Shown piece after piece: positions 7,777-15,987 of a stretch of DNA of 38,620 nt. Position numbers and translations under genes: made by a program. Origin of the DNA: a virus; IMG/VR virus record IMGVR_UViG_3300045988_133151, positions 1 through 38,620 of that record, one strand, 5' to 3'. Under the pieces are notes generated by a model, which was not told where the DNA came from, did not search any database, and worked only from the letters and a program-made list of their open reading frames with translations. The stretch's first letter is position 1, and the number at the start of each line of letters is the position of its first letter.

Positions 7777-7804
7777 TTGACAAATTAAGAAAAACATGAT
7801 ATAG
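7777..7804 (+). promoter_or_regulatory. Promoter TTGACA-N16-TGaTATAGT driving the tRNA
   Basis: -35 at 7777-7782 and extended -10 at 7796-7804, which is 22 nt upstream of the tRNA 5' end. Confidence 0.55.
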
Positions 7805-7825
7805 TAAATACAGAAGTTAAGAAAT

Positions 7826-7902
7826 GGTTCCTTAGCTCAATAGGTTAGAGCATCCAGCTCATAACTGGAAGGTTGTGATTTCGAGTATCACAGGAGCCAC
7901 CA
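7826..7902 (+). tRNA. tRNA with anticodon CAT (Met, or Ile if lysidinylated), CCA encoded
   Basis: Folded by hand. The acceptor stem is 7 bp (ggttcct/aggagcc). The D-arm is gctc...gagc, the anticodon arm is tccag-CTCATAA-ctgga, the T-arm is gtgat-TTCGAGT-atcac, and the discriminator A and CCA sit at 7900-7902. A T-run follows. Confidence 0.8.
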
Positions 7903-7974
7903 TTTTTTAATAAAATTGAAAGCATGGTCTTATTGATTATGGCTTGATAAAATTCTATTAAAAAGGAAAAAATA

Positions 7975-8652
7975 ATGAAAAAAGAAGATGTTAAAAATCA
8001 AGAAAGCGTATTTGAAGTTTTGTATGAGTGTAATTTTAGGTCAAAAGATGGGCATAAAATGTTTCATGTAAAATGCAAAGAGTGTGGCTGGGAAACAAAC
8101 ATGCAAAAACATCAAATAAAATATGTAAAAAAATGCAACCACATGAATGTAGGGAAAAATTTTTATATCGTACCTTATAACTGGAAGAATGAAAGAATTA
8201 GAAGAATTTTTTCTGGAATGAAATCTCGATGTTACAGACCTGGTGAAAAAGATTATAAGTATTATGGAGGAAAGGGAATTAAAATTTATGAAACATGGTT
8301 AAAAAATCCTTCTGCTTTTGAAGAATGGGCGCTTTCTAACGGATATAAAGATAATTTAACGATAGATAGAATTGACGCAACAAAAGATTATTGTCCTGAA
8401 AATTGTAGATGGGTTTCTTTAGAGGATAACGCAAAATATAAATTAACAACAAAAATGTTATTGGTAGATGGAGAAAGTCACACAGGACGAGAATGGGCTG
8501 AAATCTTAAACTTAGGCACTAATACTATAAATGTAATGAGAAGAAACAATTCAATAAACAAAGTAATAGAGTTTATTAGAAGGAGAAAACAAGACATTAC
8601 CAGAAATCGTACTAATAATCAGTCTTGGTTTGAAGTTTATGGATTAGAATAA
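7975..8652 (+). CDS. HNH-family (HNH_3-like) homing-type endonuclease (225 aa)
   Basis: A C-terminal motif LTIDRIDATKDYCPENCRWVSLEDNAKYK resembles the HNH_3 homing-endonuclease signature. The N-terminus has CxxC and C/H residues. The gene is AT-rich and sits next to a tRNA and an IS element. Confidence 0.5.
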   Translation: MKKEDVKNQESVFEVLYECNFRSKDGHKMFHVKCKECGWETNMQKHQIKYVKKCNHMNVGKNFYIVPYNWKNERIRRIFSGMKSRCYRPGEKDYKYYGGKGIKIYETWLKNPSAFEEWALSNGYKDNLTIDRIDATKDYCPENCRWVSLEDNAKYKLTTKMLLVDGESHTGREWAEILNLGTNTINVMRRNNSINKVIEFIRRRKQDITRNRTNNQSWFEVYGLE

Positions 8653-8979
8653 ACAATCTGAAAAAATCCACCATCTAAACAAATAGTACACTAATATTTG
8701 AGTTTGCGGTTCTCAAGATAATCAAAACCGCTTTATCGGACTACGGTGTTTGGGCATAGCCGGTTAATTAGCAGGTGAAAACTTTTGTCGTAGCTCCCAA
8801 AAGATAACAGTGCGGCTAATGGCAGGAGTTGGGTCATTCCCAGCTAGTCCGTCCAACGTAGATTGTTGTGTGATTTAAATCAATTAGTCAGAAATCCCAT
8901 TAGCTTTAGCTGATGGAATGAATGGCAGAGAATGGTTATATATAAGAAAATATATTGAAAATTAAGGAAGTGATTATAG

Positions 8980-10083
8980 ATGTTTAAAGCGTATAAATAT
9001 CGCTTGTATCCTAATAAGGAACAACAAAAATATTTTGCAAAATGTTTTGGATGTGTACGATTCATCTATAATCGTATGCTTTTAGATAAGATTGAGTATT
9101 ACAAAGAAACAAAACAAAAATTGAATAATACACCTGCTCAATATAAAAAAGAATTTCCTTGGTTGAAAGAAGTAGGTTCTCTTGCATTAGCAAATGCTCA
9201 GATGAATTTACAGGCAGCTTACAATAACTTCTTCAAAAGACCAGAAGTAGGATTTCCAAAATTCAAAAGTAAGAAAAATCATAATTGCTCTTATACTACT
9301 AATAATAAAAGTGGAACTATTTATGTAACTGATAAACACATTAGATTGCCTAAGATTGGCTTAATTAAAATAAAGAAACATAGAGACTTTGCAGGGTTGA
9401 TTAAGTCGGCTACTATTTCGCAAAAACCTTCTGGCAAATATTATGTATCTATTTTGGTTGACCAAAAAGATAAAGAAAAATTGCCTATGAATAATAATGA
9501 GATAGGAGTTGACCTTGGGCTTAAAGAATTTTGTATTACTTCTAACGGTGAAATGGTTAAAAATCCTAAATATTTAAAAAAATCTGAAAAACGATTAAGA
9601 AAGTTACAAAAAGATTTGTCTCGCTGTAAAAAAGAAAGTAAGAATAGAGAAAAATGCAGAGTTAAGGTTGCAAAACAACATGAAAAAATTGCGAATCAAA
9701 GAAAAGATTTTTTACATAAACTTTCTAAAAGATTGATTAACGAAAATCAAGTTATTTGTCTTGAGGATTTAAAAGTAAAAAATATGATGAGTAATCATAA
9801 ATTAGCAAAATCAATAGCAGATGTATCTTGGAGTGAATTTGTAAGGCAATTAGAATATAAAGCTGATTGGTATGGACGAGAGATTATTAAGATTGATACT
9901 TGGTATCCTTCTAGTCAGATATGTTCTAATTGCGGTCACAAAGATGGGAAGAAAGCATTATCAATAAGAGAATGGACTTGCTCTGTTTGTGGAACACATC
10001 ACGAAAGAGATATAAATGCAGCAATAAATATTCTCAATGAAGGTTTGAGAATGAAAACCGTAGGAACTACGGTGTTAGCCTAA
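8980..10083 (+). CDS. tnpB: TnpB (IS605 OrfB-family RNA-guided nuclease), 367 aa
   Basis: The N-terminus [15 protein letters not shown]...FGCVRFIYN is characteristic. The RuvC-like region contains [10 protein letters not shown], and the zinc finger is CSNCG...CSVCG. The RBS aaggaag precedes the ATG at 8980. Confidence 0.85.
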   Translation: MFKAYKYRLYPNKEQQKYFAKCFGCVRFIYNRMLLDKIEYYKETKQKLNNTPAQYKKEFPWLKEVGSLALANAQMNLQAAYNNFFKRPEVGFPKFKSKKNHNCSYTTNNKSGTIYVTDKHIRLPKIGLIKIKKHRDFAGLIKSATISQKPSGKYYVSILVDQKDKEKLPMNNNEIGVDLGLKEFCITSNGEMVKNPKYLKKSEKRLRKLQKDLSRCKKESKNREKCRVKVAKQHEKIANQRKDFLHKLSKRLINENQVICLEDLKVKNMMSNHKLAKSIADVSWSEFVRQLEYKADWYGREIIKIDTWYPSSQICSNCGHKDGKKALSIREWTCSVCGTHHERDINAAINILNEGLRMKTVGTTVLA

Positions 10084-10390
10084 GTAAACTTGTGCGGTTG
10101 TGCATATTGATTAGGAAGCCCAACAAGCTTTAGCTTGTGGGTGGTTCACCTGCGTTAAAAAATAAAATCACATTATAAAAAGCTTTTCCTTCGGGAGTAG
10201 CCAAAGATATGTTAGGGATAAGTATTTTTGGTAATTAAGCAAAACTGTTTGCGGTAAGCAGGGCACAAGCTAAAAACCGCTTTATGGCAAAGGTGATGTA
10301 ACAGCAAACCATCTTAGTTTTGCGATGACTAAGTTATGCGGGTTGGAGTCCCGCCCTTGCCGCCAATACGCCTTGAAAATTAAATAGCAA
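10084..10390 (+). ncRNA. Probable omega-RNA (reRNA) scaffold region of the TnpB element; 3' boundary not determined
   Basis: In IS200/605 elements the TnpB guide RNA derives from the right-end region downstream of tnpB. This stretch is structured, with hairpins at 10118-10140, 10250-10283 and 10340-10360. Confidence 0.35.
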
Positions 10391-10443
10391 ATTTTTTGGT
10401 TCTCTATCTCCTCCGTTGTTTAATTTTTCATGTATCTCCTTTC

Positions 10444-10463
10444 TTTTTTTTTTTTTTTTTTTT
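10444..10463. repeat. Homopolymer T20 tract
   Basis: Counted as 20 consecutive T directly from the sequence, preceded by tctcctttc. It lies just right of the IS right end. Confidence 0.7.
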
Positions 10464-10606
10464 GTTTTACTATTTAGTTTGTCAAGGCGTTATATCGGGC
10501 AACAAACCGCATGAAGTTTGAAGCCTGCTGATGATTTGTTTTTAGAAAAAGTGCTTTTATGGTTCTCTTCCCCCATCGAATCATTTAAGCGCTTTTTCTG
10601 TACTTC

Positions 10607-10692
10607 CTGTAAAAAATGTGAAAATGAAGCAAAAACTCGCTGTAAAAAGTGTAAATTTCAATGGAAAATCACTGTTAAAATGTGAAATTGTC
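10607..10692 (+). promoter_or_regulatory. Three direct repeats of ctgtaaaaa(a/g)tgt(g)aaa(a)tt spaced ~33 bp apart; candidate protein-binding (arm-type or operator) sites
   Basis: Copies sit at 10607-10626, 10640-10659 and 10672-10692, with the same orientation and roughly three helical turns between them. They lie about 700 bp upstream of the integrase. Confidence 0.4.
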
Positions 10693-10744
10693 TTTTAGTT
10701 AGATTTACTAATATCTCAAATAGGCTTTTATACAACTTGCCTAT

Positions 10745-10773
10745 TGAATATCGGACGAAGAAGTTATATAATA
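10745..10773 (+). promoter_or_regulatory. Putative promoter TTGAAT-N17-TATAAT
   Basis: Lies upstream of the lipoprotein gene. It is a weaker match than the consensus promoters elsewhere in the window. Confidence 0.35.
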
Positions 10774-10802
10774 AAAATATAAAATATAAGGAGGTCAACA
10801 AA

Positions 10803-11339
10803 ATGAAAAAGTTGATTATTATGATTCTTGCAGGTGCGATGGTATTGAGCATGGCATCTTGCGGAAATCAGCCGTCAGAAGAAGCAAGCAATGACTCATT
10901 GACTCAAAGTACAATCCAGGAAAAGAGCTTTTATCTAAGTCCTAATACTATAGTTGCACTTCAGCGTTGCTATAATAATCTGAAAGAACTTGGTAATGCT
11001 GGTATGGTTGTTTGCGACGATGTAGTTGTATTTGATGCAGGAAGCGAAAGCGGCGAAGTTGTTTGCGCTAAAGTTATGTATGCTGAATACGAAGGTGTTG
11101 TTGAGGGTACAGAAATCGAAATTAGCTTTGATAAATATGGGCTGATTGATGGCGTTTATGTTGAAGGGAACCCTTGCTTCATTGGTGCGAGAGAATGGTA
11201 TTTGAGTGCAGATACAGAAACTCAAAGAAAAGCAAGCGAAAAATTTACTTGCTACGATGCCGCAAAAGTAGTATCAGAAATGCGCTCCTGGAAAGGGTAT
11301 GAAAATACCTTTCTCGCAAAAGATTACCTGAAAAATTAA
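10803..11339 (+). CDS. Lipoprotein (178 aa); candidate superinfection-exclusion or host-surface factor
   Basis: The RBS aaggagg sits 8 nt before the ATG at 10803. The signal peptide MKKLIIMILAGAMVLSMASC carries a lipobox Cys. The track start at 10737 is an upstream extension. Confidence 0.6.
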   Translation: MKKLIIMILAGAMVLSMASCGNQPSEEASNDSLTQSTIQEKSFYLSPNTIVALQRCYNNLKELGNAGMVVCDDVVVFDAGSESGEVVCAKVMYAEYEGVVEGTEIEISFDKYGLIDGVYVEGNPCFIGAREWYLSADTETQRKASEKFTCYDAAKVVSEMRSWKGYENTFLAKDYLKN

Positions 11340-11347
11340 AAAAGTTC

Positions 11348-11376
11348 TTGACAATGCTACAAATCTGTGTTATATT
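11348..11376 (+). promoter_or_regulatory. Promoter TTGACA-N17-TGtTATATT
   Basis: -35 at 11348-11353 and extended -10 at 11368-11376, upstream of the integrase. Confidence 0.5.
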
Positions 11377-11406
11377 ATAGTTACAGAAACAAAGGGGGAT
11401 TTAAAA

Positions 11407-12243
11407 ATGTTGAAGCAGTATGAAGCTTATCTAAAAGCAGAACATAGAAGCCAGCGGACGATTGATTCTTATCTTGACACTTGTGCTAAGATGATGAACT
11501 ATATTAGCAAGAAAGTAAGCGATGTTACTTATGCTGACTTAATGGAATGGAAAGGCACTTTAGCAAATTTAAGTCCTTCTAGCGTAAATCAGAAGACTGC
11601 GGCAATTAAGAACTTTTTCTCTTGGTGTCAGTTTATGGGATATACTGAAAGCAATCCTGCGGCTGATATGAAGCGTCTGAGAGCAAATCCTAAAGAAAGC
11701 ATTTATATAGGCGCAGAAGAGATTGAAGCATTTCTGGGTGCTTGTAGAAGTATCAGAGATAAAGCTATGCTAACTGTCATGGTGAAAACAGGTGTTCGTC
11801 AGCACGAACTCGCGAGTCTCACAATTTACGAATACTTCAAGATGAGAAATGAAGGCTCTAATTTTTTAGTAATTGTTGGTAAAGGAAACAAGGAACGTAA
11901 GATTTACTTCAGTGATGAAGTTATGGATTTAGTTGATGAGTACGTCATTTGGAGAAATAACCATGCTGTCAATAGCGACCGGTTATTCTTGACCTTTGCA
12001 GGATTGCCGCTTAATGATTCTGGTATGAACAGAGTTATTAAGAATACAGCCAAAAGAGCTGGACTTGCAAACGCTGAAGAGTACACTTGTCATTCGTTAA
12101 GAAGGGCTTTTGCTACTATTAAATCAAACAATAATGTCCCTATTGCTATTATTGGTAAAGCGTTGGGTCATTCTAATATTGCAACAACCACAAGATACAT
12201 TGAGACTAACGACGAGCTTATTGAAGCCGCCATGACAATGTAA
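11407..12243 (+). CDS. int: Tyrosine recombinase/integrase, XerC/D-like (278 aa)
   Basis: An N-terminal core-binding-like domain is followed by a catalytic domain with R (VRQHELASL region), H-x-x-R (CHSLRRAFAT) and HSNIATTTRYIE carrying the catalytic Tyr. The RBS aaagggggat precedes the ATG. Confidence 0.85.
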   Translation: MLKQYEAYLKAEHRSQRTIDSYLDTCAKMMNYISKKVSDVTYADLMEWKGTLANLSPSSVNQKTAAIKNFFSWCQFMGYTESNPAADMKRLRANPKESIYIGAEEIEAFLGACRSIRDKAMLTVMVKTGVRQHELASLTIYEYFKMRNEGSNFLVIVGKGNKERKIYFSDEVMDLVDEYVIWRNNHAVNSDRLFLTFAGLPLNDSGMNRVIKNTAKRAGLANAEEYTCHSLRRAFATIKSNNNVPIAIIGKALGHSNIATTTRYIETNDELIEAAMTM

Positions 12244-12273
12244 GAACTAACGGAAATTGAAAGGAGTTAAATC

Positions 12274-12513
12274 ATGCCTGAGAATATTAAGTATATTATC
12301 TCAAAAACAGAAAATGGGACAAAGTTCTATCTTTGTCCGCACGAGGAACAGTATCAATGGGAAGAAGGGAATCTGTTCAATGCTGTAAAGTTTTCTAGTG
12401 CGAGTTTGGCTAGAAACTACAGCAATGGTATTCCTAATGCTATTGTGCAAGCGGTTATCTGGGAAGATGATGTAGGATGTTTTGGTGGCTATAAGTTGAA
12501 AGAAAGTGAGTAA
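12274..12513 (+). CDS. Hypothetical protein (79 aa), paralog A
   Basis: The RBS aaaggag precedes the ATG. It shares an N-terminal motif (KYIISKTENGTKFYLC; LFNAVKF) with the next ORF. Confidence 0.5.
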   Translation: MPENIKYIISKTENGTKFYLCPHEEQYQWEEGNLFNAVKFSSASLARNYSNGIPNAIVQAVIWEDDVGCFGGYKLKESE

Positions 12514-12518
12514 AAATT

Positions 12519-12779
12519 ATGATATTTAAAACCATTAAATATGTTATTTCAAAAACAAAAGGAAAAACAAAGCTTTATCTTTGCTCGCAATTAGATAGAG
12601 GATGTGTAAATTTTTATTCTCTTTTGTATGATTTATATTATAAATGGGACAAAGATTTGCTTAATGCAATTAAATTTCCTTCGGTAATTTTAGCAAAAAA
12701 ATATGCTAATAAATTTTCTAGTGTTTCTAGTATTAAGATAGAGCCTATAGTTTATGAAGAAATGAAGGTGGGCGTATGA
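12519..12779 (+). CDS. Hypothetical protein (86 aa), paralog B of 12274..12513
   Basis: KYVISKTKGKTKLYLC...LLNAIKF aligns with the upstream ORF. This copy is more AT-rich and diverged. Confidence 0.5.
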   Translation: MIFKTIKYVISKTKGKTKLYLCSQLDRGCVNFYSLLYDLYYKWDKDLLNAIKFPSVILAKKYANKFSSVSSIKIEPIVYEEMKVGV

Positions 12780-13081
12780 GAGAACTTACAGAACGTGATG
12801 AAGGATTTGGGTTTTTAGCTCCATTTCTCAACGATTTTAAAAGAGCGCTAGACGAAGAAATGAAGTGCGATACTGGAACTGACTTCTTGTGGATGAATTA
12901 TAGTGGTTCTTCCGGTTGGCATCGAGCTTTTATTGAAGCATGTATTGACAATGAAGAAGCAGATTTACTGATGTTTTACAAGAATCTTGAATGGTTTGAG
13001 TCTGACAAATTTGATAGTTTTTTGATTGATGTTGCTGTTTTTATTGGTGTTATTGAACATGATACAGTAATGATATGCTGA
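12776..13081 (+). CDS. Hypothetical acidic protein (101 aa)
   Basis: ORF with an overlapping start and gaaggtggg upstream. Confidence 0.45.
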   Translation: MRELTERDEGFGFLAPFLNDFKRALDEEMKCDTGTDFLWMNYSGSSGWHRAFIEACIDNEEADLLMFYKNLEWFESDKFDSFLIDVAVFIGVIEHDTVMIC

Positions 13082-13374
13082 TTTGCTTTATTTTTGAAAA
13101 AGACGAGGGTGATTGTTGCGGGTTTAACGAAATTACAACAAATTTATTCATTAACGAAGAAGAGTTGCGTAGAAAACCAATTATTACCAGCGTAGAAACA
13201 GAAAGAGACGTTGGCGATAATGAAGATAGACTTATTATCACTCTTTTTGAAGAGCAGAAGCAAATTGCAGAAATCAAGTCGATGTCTAGTAATGGACATG
13301 GTTGGAATTGTGGCGCAACTGTGACTCTTCGCTGTCTTAAAACAAATGAAAAGGAAGTTCTAACAAGTTGGTAA
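13075..13374 (+). CDS. Hypothetical protein (99 aa)
   Basis: ORF in a frame that overlaps the previous stop. The RBS is weak. Confidence 0.3.
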   Translation: MLICFIFEKDEGDCCGFNEITTNLFINEEELRRKPIITSVETERDVGDNEDRLIITLFEEQKQIAEIKSMSSNGHGWNCGATVTLRCLKTNEKEVLTSW

Positions 13375-13380
13375 AACCTC

Positions 13381-13409
13381 TTGACAAACAAAAAGAAATG
13401 TGGTATAGT
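13381..13409 (+). promoter_or_regulatory. Promoter TTGACA-N17-TGgTATAGT
   Basis: Consensus -35 at 13381-13386 and extended -10 at 13401-13409. This shows the track ORF start at 13381 is really the promoter, not a start codon. Confidence 0.55.
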
Positions 13410-13437
13410 AGATACACTAAAGGTGGTGGTGATACAC

Positions 13438-13662
13438 ATGATTGTTGAGTCTGATAATTGTTGCGAGTTTTGTGGCAAAAAGATGTTGACTCAAATTTAT
13501 AAAGAATCTTATGGAGAGTACAACATGTTTGATTTTTGTCCTGATTGCGACGGCAGACCTGGTGGAATGGCTTATGAAGATACAACGCGGCCTTTTGGCT
13601 ATTTGCCTCCAGAAAGAATATACAAAGAATTACGAGAAGAATATTATAAAAATGATGATTGA
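13438..13662 (+). CDS. Small zinc-ribbon protein (74 aa; CCEFCGKK...CPDCDG)
   Basis: The ATG at 13438 follows aaaggtgg. The Cys pattern is CxxC-x20-CxxC. Confidence 0.45.
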   Translation: MIVESDNCCEFCGKKMLTQIYKESYGEYNMFDFCPDCDGRPGGMAYEDTTRPFGYLPPERIYKELREEYYKNDD

Positions 13663-13680
13663 TAAAAGGAGAAATATTTA

Positions 13681-14718
13681 ATGAAGGATGTTCTAAATCA
13701 GACCAAGACAAGTTTTGTTTGCGTCGGCACTGCTTATGAAGTGTCTCTGGAAGAAAAGGTAAATTCTAATGGTGATGATTGTATCATGGGCACAATCATT
13801 CTTCGTGTTCCTGGCGGTACTCAGAGATTTAGAGTGTATAGCAATAAGTTTTACAAGTCCGGCAAGAACGCTGGTAAGCTACATTATCTATACAATGCTC
13901 TCGTCTCTGCAAACAACTGGAACACTGAAATCAATGGCTATGGTGGCGAACCCACTCGTGTTATGCTGAAAGGCGAATTTGATATTAACGATTATGCTTC
14001 TACAACTTCCAATCGTGTTGTTTCTACTCTTGATTTCAAAACCAAGAGCATTACTCATCGAGTCCCTGAAGATACTGAAGACGGTATGATTATGGAGTTT
14101 GACGGTATTTGTACCAAGTTTGCTCCTGAGATTAAGGATGATGAAGAGACTGGGCGGCTTGTTGGTCAGTTTATGGCTGTTAATTACAATGGTCAAGTCA
14201 TTCCTATCGACTTTGTGGTTGAAAAGGAGGGTGCGGAGCTAGTTGTAGACGGTGATAGCGAGATTGAGGCGCTATGCGTGGGTCAGACTAGAACTACTGT
14301 CTCTATGGATGTTCGTCATACCACTCAAGGCGTAGCAAAAGCTCCTGTCAAGAAGGCTGTTTTTGGTAAGTCTCATGGCCCGAAGATGGTTGATACTCCC
14401 CGTGAAATTGTTGAATATGTTCTGACTTCTTACGATTACGAAGCTGTAAGAGAACCAGAAGACGAAGATGAAAACTCTGTATGGATTAACCCCAAGACTA
14501 TTGCAGAAGCCGTGAAACAGCGTAGGATTCATCTGGAAGAACTTGAGCAATCTCTAAAGGATGGTACTGCGGCAAAGTCTAATAACACTCAGAAGAAGGC
14601 TAATGCGGCTTCTAGCGCTCTTAATATGGCTAAGAACGCAAGCCGTCCTTCTACTCCTATTAACGAAGACCCCTTTAATGGTGTAAATGTTGAAGATGTT
14701 TTTGGTGGTCTAATGTAA
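13681..14718 (+). CDS. Putative single-stranded DNA-binding protein (345 aa) with a long disordered acidic tail ending in EDPF...EDVF
   Basis: The RBS aaaggag precedes the ATG. The N-terminus is beta-rich (OB-fold-like), followed by a low-complexity linker. The C-terminal DPF/DVF tips resemble the SSB C-terminal D-x-P-F motif. It lies immediately upstream of a Sak4-like ATPase. Confidence that this is a gene is high; the function is inferred. Confidence 0.45.
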   Translation: MKDVLNQTKTSFVCVGTAYEVSLEEKVNSNGDDCIMGTIILRVPGGTQRFRVYSNKFYKSGKNAGKLHYLYNALVSANNWNTEINGYGGEPTRVMLKGEFDINDYASTTSNRVVSTLDFKTKSITHRVPEDTEDGMIMEFDGICTKFAPEIKDDEETGRLVGQFMAVNYNGQVIPIDFVVEKEGAELVVDGDSEIEALCVGQTRTTVSMDVRHTTQGVAKAPVKKAVFGKSHGPKMVDTPREIVEYVLTSYDYEAVREPEDEDENSVWINPKTIAEAVKQRRIHLEELEQSLKDGTAAKSNNTQKKANAASSALNMAKNASRPSTPINEDPFNGVNVEDVFGGLM

Positions 14719-14727
14719 TTTAAAATT

Positions 14728-14764
14728 GTCCTGGTAGATGGGGTTATTTTCTATCTACCAGGAC
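14728..14764. terminator. Perfect 12-bp hairpin gtcctggtagat/atctaccaggac (13-nt loop) with no downstream U-tract
   Basis: The arms are exact reverse complements. It is followed by tatataaaaaa on + rather than a T-run, so it may be a factor-dependent terminator or a processing or regulatory hairpin. Confidence 0.4.
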
Positions 14765-14804
14765 TATATAAAAAATAAATTAAGATAGGAGTTAAGTGAT
14801 AGTT

Positions 14805-15854
14805 ATGGCAAAAATTAACTTATTTGACCTTGAACCAGAAAATATTGTAGGGTCAATGGCAGGGCAAAAGTTGTATCTCTACTCTATGAATAATTGCGGC
14901 AAGACGAAGGTTGCTTCAAAGTTACCTAAAGCTCTTCTTATGATGTGTGAACCTGGTGGCAACGGTGTTAAATGCTTAAAGGTTCGTGTTGATAAGTGGA
15001 GTGTATTTAAGGATTTTGTCAATCAGCTTACGAGTGAAAAACTTGTTGTAGACCCCAATGACGAAAATGTTAAATTACCTCAATGGGAACTAATGCAACG
15101 TAAGATTCAGACAGTGGTTATTGATACTGTTGATGAATTGGTTGAATATGCTGAAACTGCAACTTGTCAGGAATATGGAGTAAGTGACCTTTCTGAAATC
15201 ACAGGAAAGGTCAATGGTTATTCTATTTATCGTAAAGATTTTAAAAAGCAAATCAATCGACTTTGTTCTTATGGATATACTTGCGTCTTTATTGGACATG
15301 AGGAGAGAGTAACTATTACTGATGAACTGACTGGTAAAGAATATGAATTTATTCAACCAAAGGGTAGTAGTAATGTGAAAGCATCTACTCGTTTTATTCG
15401 AGATATTTGTGATTTCTGTATTTATCTGAAACCCAATGGTATTGATTCTGCTGGTAACACTATTCTTTCTACTGGTATCAGCAAGCAAACAAAGCAGGTT
15501 TTTGCTCGAAGCCGCTATGACATGCAGACTTTGATTGAGCCGTTTACTGCAAAAAATCTTGAAGATGCAATCCTAAAGGCTATTGAAAAGACAGCGGAAG
15601 AAGAAGGTTCTGAAATCAACGAATGGAAGCGCGACAGTAGTAGCTATGATAAGCATGATTGGCTTGAACTAATTAAGCCTTATTTTGCCGCCATTGGTAA
15701 GCGCTATCCTGAAAAGCTGCAAGAAATTGTGATTACTGAAATTGGTGAAGGGCGCAAGCTGTCCGACATTCCAGAAGAAGACCTTGTTCCTTTGGAAAAT
15801 GTTTTCAATAAGCTAGTTACTTTTGCCTGTGATAGAAATATTATTGTAGACTAA
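14805..15854 (+). CDS. AAA_24 / Sak4-like RecA-fold ATPase (349 aa)
   Basis: Walker A variant YLYSMNNCGKTKVA, Walker B VVIDTVDEL, and the N-terminal MAKINLF...IYGxxGxGKT-like layout typical of the phage Sak4 family. The ATG at 14805 lies 13 nt after taggag. Confidence 0.6.
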   Translation: MAKINLFDLEPENIVGSMAGQKLYLYSMNNCGKTKVASKLPKALLMMCEPGGNGVKCLKVRVDKWSVFKDFVNQLTSEKLVVDPNDENVKLPQWELMQRKIQTVVIDTVDELVEYAETATCQEYGVSDLSEITGKVNGYSIYRKDFKKQINRLCSYGYTCVFIGHEERVTITDELTGKEYEFIQPKGSSNVKASTRFIRDICDFCIYLKPNGIDSAGNTILSTGISKQTKQVFARSRYDMQTLIEPFTAKNLEDAILKAIEKTAEEEGSEINEWKRDSSSYDKHDWLELIKPYFAAIGKRYPEKLQEIVITEIGEGRKLSDIPEEDLVPLENVFNKLVTFACDRNIIVD

Positions 15855-15929
15855 AAGACAAAGAGAAAAAGCGGCGAGACTGAATCTTACCGCTTTTTCT
15901 TTTTTGTACAAAATAACGAATAATATCCC

Positions 15930-15958
15930 TTGACTTCTTGCTCATAATTTGTTATACT
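15930..15958 (+). promoter_or_regulatory. Promoter TTGACT-N17-TGtTATACT
   Basis: -35 at 15930-15935 and extended -10 at 15950-15958. It is preceded by a terminator-like hairpin plus T-run at about 15869-15905. Confidence 0.5.
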
Positions 15959-15987
15959 AAAAGCACAAACAAGGGGAGGTCAACAAT

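Larger units (their letters stand above)
8690..10400 (+). mobile_element. IS200/IS605-family element carrying only tnpB (IS1341-like); boundaries approximate
   Basis: Related subterminal hairpin motifs gtttgcggt...aaaaccgctttat occur on both sides of tnpB (8703-8733 and 10247-10283), together with agctttagct-type imperfect palindromes at 8893-8912 and 10118-10140. No tnpA is present. Confidence 0.45.

Noticed and set aside
7826-7902. tRNA-Met as the attP core
   Set aside because: This is a complete tRNA with its own consensus promoter, rather than the 3' fragment typical of attP. It lies 3.5 kb from the integrase with an IS element in between. attP remains unassigned.
10400-10470. - strand RBS plus ATG next to the poly-A/T tract (gaaaggagatacATG)
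   Set aside because: The reading frame stops after 3 codons (MKN*), so it is not a gene.
13381-13437. ORF-track start at 13381 for the zinc-ribbon gene
   Set aside because: Position 13381 is the TTGACA -35 hexamer of a consensus promoter. The ATG at 13438 has the RBS.
13050-13711. Two - strand ORFs (142 aa and 124 aa) overlapping the 13075-13662 + strand genes
   Set aside because: They are low-complexity translations (S/L/F-rich) with no RBS. They lie antisense to RBS-supported + strand genes and to a consensus promoter at 13381.
15090-15488. 132-aa - strand ORF inside the Sak4-like ATPase gene
   Set aside because: It is antisense to a motif-supported gene, and it is I/N/S-rich as expected for an AT-rich antisense frame.
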